Source of the DNA: Macrostomum lignano
Lineage: Eukaryota
Direction: 5' to 3'
Length of the DNA: 64,000 bases
Assembly (NCBI GenBank): GCA_002269645.1
Contig: NIVC01000390.1
Span: 248,001 to 312,000, forward strand
Part shown: positions 1-11,858 of the stretch, piece after piece
How the letters are laid out: each line of letters opens with the position of its first letter
How positions within the stretch are numbered: position 1 is the first letter of the stretch
Made by a program: the position numbers and the translations under genes
The notes under the pieces: generated by a model
Seen by the model: only the letters and a program-made list of their open reading frames with translations
Database searches by the model: none
What the model was told of the DNA's origin: nothing

Positions 1-37
1 TTAGTCGCATCGAGGAATGAATTCTTTGAGACCGTCT

Positions 38-640
38 TACCCCACAGTGTTTAGCCTGGCCGGACCCTGCTACCCCACAGTGTTTAGCCTGGCCGGACCT
101 GCTACCCCACAGTGTTTAGCCTGGCCGGACCCTGCTACCCCACAGTGTTTAGCCTGGCCGGACCTGCTACCCCACAGTGTTTAGCCTGGCCGGACCCTGC
201 TACCCCACAGTGTTTAGCCTGGCCAGACCTGCTACCCCACAGTGTTTAGCCTGGCCGGACCTGCTACCCCACAGTGTTTAGCCTGGCCGGACCCTGCTAC
301 CCCACAGTGTTTAGCTTAGCCGGACCCTGCTTACCCCACAGTGTTTAGCCTGGCCGGACCCTGCTACCCCACAGTGTTTAGCTTGGCCGGACCCTGCTAC
401 CCCACAGTGTTTAGGTTGGCCGGACCCTGCTACCCCACAGTGTTTAGCTTCGCCGGACCCTGCTACCCCACAGTGTTTAGCCTGGCCGGACCCTGCTACC
501 CCACAGTGTTTAGCCTGGCCGGACCCTGCTACCCCACAGTGTTTAGCCTGGCCGGACCCTGCTACCCCACAGTGTTTAGCCTGGCCGGACGCTGCTACCC
601 CACAGTGTTTAGGTTGGCCGGACCCTGCTACCCCACAGTG
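38..640. repeat. 33-bp minisatellite (CCCCACAGTGTTTAGCCTGGCCGGACCCTGCTA)n in an intron of the C2-domain gene
   Basis: About 18 near-identical units read directly; explains the repetitive ORF 341..910. Confidence 0.97.
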
Positions 641-652
641 TTAGCTTGTCAC

Positions 653-1059
653 CTTAAACTCACATCGAACACGAAGGTCTCGTTGATGTCCGGGTTGTTG
701 GTGTTTTTCCGAACCTTGGTCTGCCAGGTCCTGTTGCACAGCGGCGGCAGCTCCACGCTCACGAAGGCCGAGCAGTCTGTGTTGGTGAACCGCCGGGCCT
801 TGTTGTACAGGTTGCGGGCCTTGAACACGCTCACCTCAAGCTTGTTCTCGCCCGGTAGATTCCTCACTCGGAACCAGATGCGGCCGATGTGCTCCTCCGT
901 CACCTCGTAGTACTCATCCTGATCGAAGTTCAGGTAAAGCGTAGGATCCACGTGGCCAATCTCCTTGTTGCTGAGTCGCTGGCTCAGCGGTCTCTTGCAG
1001 GTCGGAATGACAAACGGCACCTCAGTTTGCGGCGTCTGCTGCTGGCTACTGCTCGACAT
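653..1059 (-). CDS. Exon of a synaptotagmin-like C2-domain protein; gene continues beyond the left edge of the window
   Basis: IGRIWFRV..KLEVSVFKARNL..QTKVRKNTNNPDINETFVFDV is a C2 domain, preceded by PFVIP and GHVDPTLY as in atypical synaptotagmins. Donor AAG|GTGACA at 652. ATG at 1059 is tentative; upstream exons are possible. Confidence 0.8.
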
Positions 1060-2175
1060 GAGTGAGCGGTGAGCTGAGCGGTGCAAAATACAGGCGGCTG
1101 ATTTCCCTCTGTGCCTACGCATGAGGTCTCCAGGTTCCTACTTATGATGAAGAACTGAATGGGAAGCTGAGGAGCGCCCAACGTTTCGAACCAATAGCAT
1201 TGCAGATGAAATTCGCTTCATCTCAGCTCAGCTCAACCCCCCCCCCTACTCCCGGATCGGCTTCCCATAGCAACGCATTGCAGCTTTATCCACTCGATCT
1301 GCATTGTGCGCCGTCTTTAACGGCCAGGTGCCCCAAGCACTCTCCCGCATAATCCAGGCAGCATTTTGCTTCATCTATACGCATATACGAGTATTTTAAA
1401 TCCGGCCCTGGAACTCTGCATCACGGATGGGACTGGGGGAGGGGTTGGGAGTGAATAGCTGCAGTAGCAGAGCAAGCAGTCGAGCAGGAAGTGAAGTTGA
1501 TGGAATCTCTCGTCCGTTTACTATTTTATCTCCCCGAGCTATCGGGATCAGTTTATCAGATTGCTTTTTAACTGAGCAAACGAAGCGATATGAAAATAGC
1601 AGCCTTAGCTAAATGCTCAAGACAAAAGTGTGTTCTAGTCATTTTTTGCTTTGCTTTTAGTCTCCTAGAAACTCCAACAAAGCTGTGAGCACAAAGCTGG
1701 AGCAGTCTCTGCGCCTGGGATGCTTATTATAAATGGAAATCCGAAAATACAGAGAGGATTTCTGAGACGCAAAATAGTTTTTGTAGTCACTTCCCAATTG
1801 AGGTTCGCATTTACAATGCAATTTTCACGAAGGCACAGGGACTTCTGTTCACTTCAAAGAAGCTTTAAAAATTTTTACAAATCATCTGATGCAACCAAGC
1901 CTCATTAGAGCCTTACGAGTACACAGATATATTGTTACGAGTAGGAATACGCTACATTGATTTTTAAAAATTCACTTAAAGGGACTATTTTGCAAGCAGA
2001 CTTTGGCCATAGACTAACCTGGTGCTTACAGACGCCCTCGACTCTAAGGCTAGCTCTTTAGTCTCACACCACAAAGCAAGCGTTAGTCGTCAGACACTCA
2101 CTATAGCTGCGCTATCGCTTAGTTCCATCTTCCCGCTACATCGCTGCAGCCTCCCCACTAGCCAAGCCATACGCC

Positions 2176-4349
2176 ATGTCCGGAAGAAGTCTGCCAGAGC
2201 AATGCTCCAAGTCTGGGCCAGCTTTCTGCGCTTGGCAGTTCCCCAATGTCTCCATGTCGGCCGCCACGGACGCCAAGACTCACTCGCAGCGGTGGAGCGT
2301 GCACCCGGGATTTCTCGACCCATTCCACGTGGTCTACCAGTGCGTGAAGCGGCTGAAAGCGGCCACGTACGTCAACGTGAAGTACGCCAGCAAGCTGCGC
2401 CCCGTAGAGGTCCGAGAGCAGCCACCGGATAAGACGCAGCTGTGCTTGGGTCTTCAGATCTACCTTACCAAGATCGTACCTGATGAGAAGGTGCGTTTTT
2501 GTTAACAATGCCGACTTGTTTGGAGAAAAAGATGATTCTTGAATTTTTTGCTGTTTGAGATGTTTGACTGGAACTAAAGTCATTGACAACTGTACATGCG
2601 TTAAGCTGCCGAAATTGCCCCACAACCAGCGCTGAGGCGATTCTGTCCATTCCGCTGACTCCTGAGCACAAACAAGCGCGCCAGTACTGTACGCAGGCAC
2701 GCACTCAGGCACACGCTCACACAGGGTGTACACCTTTGACTTTCTAATCGTCAGGCATGTACACTCTCTGCGGCTTGGGGGCTGGCTCTCACGGGTGGGA
2801 ATCGCGCGACAACCCTCTGCCAATTTTCGGGCACAAGCCACAAATTAATGTGGCCGCGAGAGAGTCGGGAGCGTTTACCGTTGAGCTGCTCTGCCACCAC
2901 TGATCGTTGGCAGGAAGTTGGTTCATCAAAGTCTCAAGTTTGACTCAGTGTTGACAAAACGCGTTTGCGTTTTAACTAAGGATGGGCTAATTTTGATTTG
3001 ATTTTAATTTTGACAAGTTCAATCGGGCTCTATCCTCTTAGTTTTTCTAGGTCTACTGCCCTGGCTTAAGACTTGGACTGACTTAGTATCCTATCCAGTT
3101 TATTCTCTTTCATCATTCGTGATGTTTGTGTGCAACCGGACACTTGCTAGAATCTTTCAACGTCGATGAGAATCCGTTTGGCAATTCGACACTCGCCAAC
3201 AACAGTCTCCGTGCACTGAGTAGGTGCTGTTTTGGCTGTTCTATTCAATGCTCAAAATGGATTTAAAAGTCAATCTCTCAAGCAAAGCAAAATGGTCAAA
3301 GCAAGCAACTTGTATTTCAGTGCTAAGTTATTGCCTAGTTACTGCTCAGACGGAGTTACCTGGCCATCAATATGGTGTCGTGGAACCGTTGCATTCAAAC
3401 AGGCTGTTTTTAAACCTATGTACTCGTAGATCGATAATAACTATTCTTAAACTACCCTGCACATACTACTGCTAACCAACTATGCCAGGTTAACTATGAC
3501 GTGAAGGAGCACATTAAAAACGGCTCATCCGAGAACGTGACCGCCGTGATTCGCAAATACGCCTGCTTGGAGCACGTGCTGCTGTTCCTGCTCAAGTACC
3601 TGAAAGAGCGCGGTCCGCTGATGAAGTTCAAATACAATTCCACCAGCCTGCTGAACGAGGTGACAGCCAATCCTCGCTATATGGTGTCAACTTTTCTCAC
3701 CACCCTGTGCGAATTCGAACTGGACTTTCACGCCGCTGTGGTGCTTGGAGACTACCTAAACTTCGTCCTGTACGTCGCCTACGCCCACGACCTGTTCTGG
3801 ATGAAGGAGCTGCTGTCCGAAATCTGGGCCCCGCTCCTCATCGACTTCATCAACGTTGGCGATCGAGTTGCTGACAACCTGACTGATGCGCAGAAGACCG
3901 GCAAGCAGCGCCTGATGATGCAGCGAATGATTGACACCCTGCCCTGGGAGAAGCTGAAAAGCCAGGAGAACATCAAGATCACCGTCAACCCGCAGATTCA
4001 CGATTCTTACTTGAAACGGAAGGCGGCGGAGGCAGCCAGCCTGATGCAGCGGCTGACCACCAAGCCGGTTCACCAGACCACTCTGCTGACTGGAGGTGGC
4101 GGCATCACCAAGCTGCTGGGCAGCCTCGACACCAAGGGACCGGAGATTCTCGGCGATGATCCGGCCGCAATCGCGGCTCGCGAAGCCGAGGAACTCGAGA
4201 AGAAGAAACGCGAGGAGGAGGCCGTGAAGCGAAAGGCGATGGAGGACGAGAATCGCGACTATAGCAGCGACTACGGCTACAGCCAGGACTTCCTTGAAAA
4301 GCACGCGCCTCACGGCATGTGCAAGCCGGGCTTTGACAACACATTGTGA
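2176..4349 (+). CDS. Two-exon gene (2176-2490, 3489-4349; about 391 aa), divergent RhoGAP-fold protein with a charged C-terminal tail
   Basis: Donor AAG|GTGCGT at 2491 and acceptor CCAG|GTT at 3488 join in phase 0. PFHVVYQCVKRL, LLKYLKERGPLMKF and YLNFVLYVA..M..LSEIWAPLL align by eye to RhoGAP helices. An acceptor at 2148-2149 may add 5' sequence. Confidence 0.6.
2596..2896 (-). mobile_element. tRNA-derived SINE, family A (near full length)
   Basis: Head GGCAGAGCAGCTCAACGGTAAACG and body GCGATTCCCACCCGTGAGAGCC..GAGAGTGTACATGCCTGACGATTAGAAAGTC..GTGTGAGCGTGTG are shared with copies at about 19700, 20600, 22150, 28550 and 53230. Confidence 0.75.
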
Positions 4350-6071
4350 TTTGCAGCGCATTGTCACTCCAAAGCTGCTGGAAACGAGACAAAATGGAAC
4401 AGACCTGGACTGGCACAAGCTATCTAAACTTGAATCAGTTGCTTTTATTTCTTGGATTCAATATTTTAGTTTAATTTCCAAGGTTGATTACTGTAGCTAT
4501 TTTTAGGAACGCATCGTATTGATGGAGTGCTCCCTCGTTTTCTACAGGTTTCCTGAAGTTTGTCAGGAAGCTGGTTGAATCCTGGATCCAACAACTTCTC
4601 TAGAATGCCTTTGGAGCTCGGCTTTATTCTACAAATGAAACTTGTCTTCAGTTACGGTATGTTATTGTTTTCGCTCATTAGTAAGGTCTTGTAGGGCCCG
4701 CAGTGTAGGTTTCTGACGTTGCCATGGTACGCGCCCAACCCAAGCGCATACATGTAAGCCTACGGCTATCACTGAACTTCATTTGCTAAACTTCTCTATT
4801 CAAGCGCGCTGTGATGTTCGTGGCTTCGTCTCTAGAAATTATTTTTAGTATATGGATTAGAATTCCCATATTAGGACAGTTTCTCTCCTGCTAAGCTTTA
4901 AGGATGCTGAAAAAACTATTTTGATTTCATTCTACCTTTTTTATCCTTCACTGGCCTCTCACTTTGCTTGTTGCTTTCCAGCGGCAGGGCCAAGTGCGGT
5001 TCTTTAGTTGCCACCCTCTCTGGTGCTTGCATTGCTTTCTACTTTATTACAGTGTTATTTTAATTTTAACAAATGCCTTAAAGTGTAGCTTTTAGGATCT
5101 TAGTAGCTTGCACAGGGTAGGTTCATTTTGCAACACATAAATGGATATAAATAAATATTTTTTCCAACACGTTGACGGCATCCGCTATGAAACCTGATGC
5201 ATCTAATTTATTACCTTGAAAGAGATGGCATTATATTTTCGAGCTTAATTATCTTCTGCTTGAAACTCTGGCGACCTTTTTAGATATTAAAAAATAGTTT
5301 TGCTACTTAGTTATAAGTAGTCAAATCATGCGACTCGTGTGAAATTTCTAATCATAATTTTATTTTAAAAGTTGTAATTAAACCAAATCAGATTAAACTG
5401 TGATTCAAGTTGAAAACATATTCTGTTGTATCCGTACACGATTAAATCTTTAACGTGGCCGCTAAGTGAAACATTCTAAGCACAAATTGGAAAGCAGCAT
5501 ATCTCGTACAGTTGTATCCGGGAGAAATCAGCCTTATACATGTAGCTGTATCGTATACATGTTGATAGCTCCCTATCTGCCCTCAAATACAAGCAATGTG
5601 CGACTATCTGCACACTCTGCCCTCGGGTAATAAGCTACGGATAAACTGTGCCGCGGCTCGAGACGAGAGGAACGCTCAGTTGGTCGGGTGTGAGTGTGCA
5701 CGGTAGCCAAGGTATGCTTGTTGTGCTTATGCGCCAGAAAGCTACACAAGCCGCCAGCCAAGCGGAGGGGGTGGGTGCTAGCTCCTCGCGAGTGGGCGAC
5801 CGACCACTCTATCCATATTAGTTTGTACATGCCTTCACTCCACCCTTGTCCCGACGACAGACAGCCCAGGCAGTTTCGCACAGGGCCGCCACTCTCTCTC
5901 ACCCATTCTCTCTCTCTGTGCACGGCACAACTTTTGCAAAGCTTATTACGACCTAATAGAAGCAAGCCAAATTCGCAGTGAAAAATTTCAAAATTCACGG
6001 ATAAAGAAACGTTTCTGCAGGCATCCGAAGAATAGTCCAGAGGTTTTCGCAGCGAATCGCCTGAAATTCAT

Positions 6072-9000
6072 ATGGAGCCGCTGGATCGAGATGAATACGC
6101 CAGACGGTTTCGGGCCTCACGAAATCTGATCGTCACGGCGGCGCAGAACCGACAGCGCTACCTGCAGCAGATGGCTCGCTGCATCGACGACAGCCAGGTG
6201 GCCGTGGAACAGGCTAAGCGGAAGCACCCACGAGTGACTTTCACTCAAAGCGAGGAGGAGCTGGCCCAGGCGCGAACTCAGCTACTTAACCAGCTCCCTC
6301 TGTCCCTGATTGTATTCGGTCGAAGCAACACGGGGAAGTCGACGCTGCTGAATCAGATTCTGCGCTACTGGCCGGACCAGGACGGCGTGACACTGTTCCC
6401 AACTGCGGGCCACAACTGTTCAGCCAGGGTGGCTGTTGTCAAATACGGTCCATCCAACGAGATCCAACTTCTCAGCCTGCGTCCCAGTTCACCAATGGTG
6501 CTGGAGCAGAAGGCCTTTACGACCAGCGAGAGCATCCGAGACTTTATGGACCTCGAACATAGTCGGCGAGAAGTGGAGGAAGAGTTGTGGAAGCTGGTGC
6601 AGATTCAGCTTCCACAACCGCTGCTGCAAGGTAACCTTCAGGTCGTTGACAGTCCAGGAATGGGAGAGAATGAAGTCATGAACAAGGTGGTGAAGGAGTT
6701 TTTGTCGCGGCTAAAATCTGGCATAATTATCTACGTTGTGGACGGCATGGAAGGCTACAAGCCAAATCCGGTAAGAGTTTATCATGCTTGCATTGCTCAA
6801 ATACTCATATGAAATACTCCAAAATCGGGTGAACTTAAATATTAGTCAAGTAAGCGTCTATTAAGACGACCAATGAGCACAAGTAAAAATGAAAACCGGT
6901 TTGAATTCCCAAAAATATACACTTTTATCTACATAAATCGTCTATTTATCCGCTAGGACAAGGAAAACATCAAATTTCTGATGGAGCAATCTACTGCCCT
7001 GCAACGGCTGATCGTGGCGAATCGTATCGATTTTGACTTCGTCTCATGGTTTAACAACCAAGAATTAGATTATGACCTTGAAGAAGACCCGCTTGAAGAT
7101 GTGCTCGACGGTCTCAGGGAGGATATGGGATTCGACTACGCTGAAATTTGCGAGCAACACTCGACCAAGCAGCTTAACGCGGTAAGACAGAAAGTGAAAT
7201 ATGAACATCCAGACTACCTCACAGGTGACAGGAACGTGGAGGACTTGGTCATCGGAGTATCTGCTAAGTCGGTCAAAGATTTTATCACCAACCAGCAAAC
7301 GCTGACTCATGCTCCGTACGTGGATTCCTTCCTGCAACTGGAGAGCCGCATCGCCGCTTTGGTGTATGAGAACGGTCGTCATCATCTGCAGGATGCAGCG
7401 AGGATCGCTCAGAGGCATCTGATGCAGACTAAGACTCTATTGGCGAACTTCTATGGCGACCACTCTGAGAGGGGTCAGAAGATGATGGAGTTGCTAGAGA
7501 AAAGCATCGTGACTTTAAACGAGATTTTCCGGCAAATCTGCCTATCGCTGAACAGTGTGCTTGCATGCGACTCGCTCGACCTCGGCAACCAGAACAGCGA
7601 GCTGAACCGTCTCAAGACCCGCTTCGTGCGCGAGGACGTCCCGCCGGAACAGCAGGCCATTGACACGTCACTAATGATGCGCGAGAGCGAGGCAAGGTTC
7701 ATGGAGTCACTCATCAGAACTTCCGGGGGCAGCCGCGAAGCTAAGGTGGCTATTCGCCTGCTATGCGATTTCAAAGATACAGTTGTCAGCAGGATGCGCA
7801 CCATACTGATGTGGAACTTTAAGATGATATTTATGGTGGAAGCCAACAGACCATTGAGCAAGCTAGAATCAGATTGCAAGAAGCTCTTGGACAGCCTGAA
7901 AATGCAGTCGGCTCAATTGAGCAGCGGAAACGAATGCGAATACGTAATTGGGCTGGTAAGTTCTCAGATGCTTTCACCGAATCCGGCAGTGTTTGACCAG
8001 GTGTGCACGGAAAAGCTGACTGACTCAATGCGGCAGGCGCTTGGATCCGCCGTTCACCGAGACGAGTTCCGCCGCATCATCGATTCTCTAACGCCGCAGT
8101 TCAACCGGTCCGATGAGGAGCGCGATCGAGTGCTCACCTACTTTATGAACAACGTGGATCTGACGCAGCAGATTGCCAATGTCATTACCGAGTACAAGAA
8201 TCAAATAAAAACTCAGAAGGTAGTCGTAGAAAATCTGCTTTCAGCGCAACTTCAAAACATGCGGGAGCGAAAGACGCGGAGCCAGGAGGAGCTGGATGAC
8301 ATGCGATCGCACAACGAGAAAATGTCGGCCATGAGTTTCTACATCGATGCGCTGGTCACGGAGGCTAACTGGACGGCTGATTATGAAATCAGTGAGCAGC
8401 TTTTGGACTGTTAATTTACGAGTAGTCAATTGGCTAAACACCAGCTTTTAGCTTTCAATGGTGGAATGTAAATAAACACGGGAATCAACATCTATCAATG
8501 AGATGACTAGATAGTCTGTAGTATTTATGAATTTTTCTAGAGGGGTTGTTTAACGTCCTAAGAAACGACCTTAAATGAAGTACGTATATGGTAGCTTAAT
8601 TTGCATTTTAGCCGTCAAACTTGTATACTCGAATACTCATAAACCACGCAGGTCTGCGAGAATTCCAGGAACAACTTGCCAGCATGACGTCTTCGGTATC
8701 TCCGGAGCGACTGCAGCGTCGGCTAAAGCCAAGATTTGCCAGGTCGTGCGAACAGCACGGGGCCGGCGCTACCGCAGACCTGTTGCTGCACTACCGCCTG
8801 GTCAGGATGCAGCAGGACGATGCCAGGCGATTGGCTTCAGATGTGGCTCAAGTTGGGTTAGTGCCGATGCTTTTTAAGCTCTATGAATGGGTTTTAACAC
8901 TGCTTTGTTTAGTTATGAAATCAGCAGTCTGTTCTCTCAACTGCATTTGTTTTACGAGATAAGTTGGGGTGGTAGCCTAATGGTTAGACCGTCGGACTCA

Positions 9001-10308
9001 CAACTGCAAGGTCGGGGGTTCGATTCTCGACCCACTCGGAACAATTTGTGTCCTTCAGCCAGACACTTAAATATCTGCATTGCTTCAGTTCACCCAGCTG
9101 TAGTTCCACAGCTCTTCAGTTCACGAGCTGTAAAATGGGTGCCAGAATTAAGCTGGGGTAATTGGGGGTATGTAGGGCGACCCCCCAGTCCTTGGACCTT
9201 GGATTGAACAGCCGTACCCAGCCTTCAGATGCCCCGCGCAATAGCTGCGGCTGAGCTGTCAGTTGCTCGCCTGCCCATTGGGCAGGTGCAATCAATTATT
9301 ATTACTAAGTTGAAACATGACCCAGAATGTCTTTTGAGTCTGTTTGGCTCCTATTTCAAGGTTACGAGCGTAAAATCACTAAGGCTCTGGTTCCCAAAAG
9401 CAAGCGTAAAGTAGACGAGTAAATACGAGCATACTTGAGCAAAAAAGGTAAATTATACTTTTTTATTGAAACGATGCCTAGCATAGTAAAGGAGAAAAAA
9501 GTCTGTAAAATACGCCAAGCTTTGCTAGAATAGGCCCAGGGAAAACAGTATGCCTCTGAAATGCTCCACTCTGATCTACAGGAGTCGCCTGGCCGGGTCT
9601 GTACGCCTGAGCTGGCTCAGCCTGGCTGACAACTATCGCGCTCACATGGAGGAGCCTGAGGCCCGTTTGCTAATCGGCTTCGACGGCAATTACGTCAGCC
9701 TGGCTGAGCTCCCGCCCGGGCGCCTCACCGATGCCATCCGCCTTGTCCTACTACGGCGCCTCGTAGACTGTTGGGCCAGCCTGTCCAGCCTCGCTCACCG
9801 GCCGAGCGACTACCGGCCTTCCTGCGTCCTGCTGCGACGCCGGCATCCTGACGAAGCCGAGCAAATCCAAGACATTGACGGCCTGGCCAGCGACGAGGCG
9901 TTTGCGGACCCGACTCTGACGATCTCCTCGGAGGGCGATGCCGGGTCGCTGGCCGCCTGCGCTGCGTCGCTGTTCGTTCACGAGTGCCGCGACAAGGACA
10001 ACGATGCAGTTACCAATGCTGCCGGCTGGGACGCGAGGCAGGCCAGCGAACTCCAGCTGCTGACCGGGGATCGAGACCGCTACCTGGCCGGGCTGAGGCG
10101 CCGGCTTGTCCGAGACGGCCGGCCGGAGGGTCTCATCACCGGCGTCGTTCGCTGCGTTCGCGCCTGCCTCGAAGCCTCGAATTTAGATGCAGAATCGCTG
10201 AGCGATGGTGCCGACGAGAGAGAGCAGCTGGCAGCTTTGCGGATGAAGAAAATCCAGGAGGCGAGGGCTGAGTTACAGACGGCTGCTGGCGCCATTGAAA
10301 AGCAATGA
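6072..10308 (+). CDS. Four-exon gene (6072-6770, 6957-8391, 8652-8856, 9582-10308; 1021 aa): dynamin-like GTPase, helical region and degenerate kinase domain; DSTYK-like
   Basis: G1 GRSNTGKS, G3 DSPG, G4-like NRID. Donors GTAAGA 6771, GTGAGC 8392, GTTAGT 8857 and acceptors at 6956, 8651, 9581 give phases 0, 1, 2 and an open 3066-nt CDS. The C-terminus resembles the DSTYK kinase (KPRF, LTDAIRL, HRP, RDGRPEGL). Confidence 0.8.
8966..9306 (+). mobile_element. tRNA-derived CORE-type SINE (family B), intact copy in intron 3 of the GTPase gene
   Basis: A-box GGTAGCCTAATGG, B-box GGTTCGATTC, MIR/CORE-like TGTGTCCTT..AGACACTTAA..TTGCTTCAGTTCAC..CTGTAAAATGGG and an (ATT)n tail. A second copy is at 31955. 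Confidence 0.85.
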
Positions 10309-11199
10309 GCTGGAGGGCAACTCAAGTGCCGACTCTGGTACTTCATAAAGTTTCCGCTGATAGTTCAGCTACCTTAATATTACTCTTGAAAAGAATCACC
10401 CCCGTAATAAGGGATCGTTTGATTTTAACAATTATTAACTACTTTTGAATCGGTGCAGGGTGAATGTTCGGGCGAACGAATTTCTTGCTTTCCTACTGCG
10501 CCAGCTCAGATACAAACTTAGCTTTAATGGCATCCTTTTGACGCACGCTTTGATAAAGTAGTCCATGCTCCGACTTACCTATTCGTCATGCAACTAAACG
10601 ATAGATTCTCTACTTCTCTAGCTACCCGTGACCGCAAGCATAAGAGTTTGAAGCAATGCTTTGACACGAAAAGCCTTTGGCCACCACTGCTAGTCCTATA
10701 TGTTGCTATACTCGTATGTTCGTGTAATAGCAATTACATATCAATCAGAATCATATAAAATAGGAATCATATAAGTATAAGAATCGCGAAAATATTTTTA
10801 CATAGTATTGACAACATATTATATAAATTAGACAAATGTGCTGCGCCAATGTTTGTTATATTCGATAGATATTTTTAGAGATCGCTCAGTACTTAATAAA
10901 TGCTATTTATGAATGATGCCGCCCCTTTTCCTGACTAGCCGCGTGCATATTCAATAATTCAAAATTCTGTCCGAATAAATACACACAATTTAATAACCCG
11001 TCATCTGCATTGCAATTCACAATTTATTTCGTCCATTTTTTTTCATATTCAATTCCGTCACGACTACAGATCTAAGAACAGCAAAAACATGTGATCTGGA
11101 ACAATAGCTCCTATGGGTACTGTAAGATACTCACGAAAGTAGCTTCTTCTAATTTTTCTATTTCTTTCTTCAAGCATCGATGTAGTCAGACAATCATAA

Positions 11200-11395
11200 A
11201 GATGATTTCGCAGGCGCTCTTATGTGCCGGTGGCCTAGGTTCGATTCCAAGTGCGATCGCATTGATTTGGGTCGACGGAGGGCCGCTGTACGTATTCGCG
11301 TGCTCAGGGGAGTCTGCGGAATGTTTAATAATGCCCCTCGCCGGTTCTGGGACATGTCGCTTAAAGTGCGCTAGGGTGCATGCAGCCCCCCGTAT
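11200..11395 (+). mobile_element. Internally deleted SINE family A copy
   Basis: B-box GGTTCGATTCC at 11238-11248, then GTGCTCAGGGGAGTCTGCGGAATG..GGTTCTGGGACATGTCGC matching the 3' part of other copies. Confidence 0.55.
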
Positions 11396-11858
11396 TTACT
11401 AAAAAATTCAACTCGTCCAGACTCACTGTTCAATAATCATGTATCAATAAAAGTTAAAATCAAGGACGACTCGTAGAAGTAAACTGACATATTTGCGAAA
11501 TGTAGCAAGGAAAAGTTTCAAAGGCCACATTTAATGGAAATCGAATAAGATTGGACTGAGAATCGGACATTATTCGATTTTTTCAGTTGTTGTCTCTATG
11601 CTTTCATCCACATCCTGGTCTCAGCTGGGCCATTTATGCGTGTACAATAAAAATTCTATTGTAATTTTACAAGCCGTGCTTAAACTGACAACTTCTTTAA
11701 GCATCTCCTATCGCCCATAGACAGGCGTCAAGTTTTCGAGTAAATGCTAATAACGCGTTTGACAATATTAGCAGCATAACAAACACCAACTAACTGACAT
11801 GGTGAATTGCAGATTGTAGCAATTTGCATTGCTATTTACCAGCCACACACGGCTAGCC

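Noticed and set aside
341-910. Long repetitive ORFs here and at 24559-25421, 43231-43539, 45807-46273, 50018-50716, 50836-52924, 53232-53706, 57027-57793, 60609-61448 and 63202-63426
   Set aside because: They are translations of stop-free tandem arrays lying in introns or intergenic DNA.
8541-8580. Possible micro-exon after the acceptor TTTTTCTAG
   Set aside because: All three frames hit stops before a usable donor; the direct 8391-8652 join is in frame.
8966-9040. Possible tRNA genes here and at 31955, 53226 and 21395
   Set aside because: A and B boxes are present but there is no complete cloverleaf, and each continues into a SINE body.
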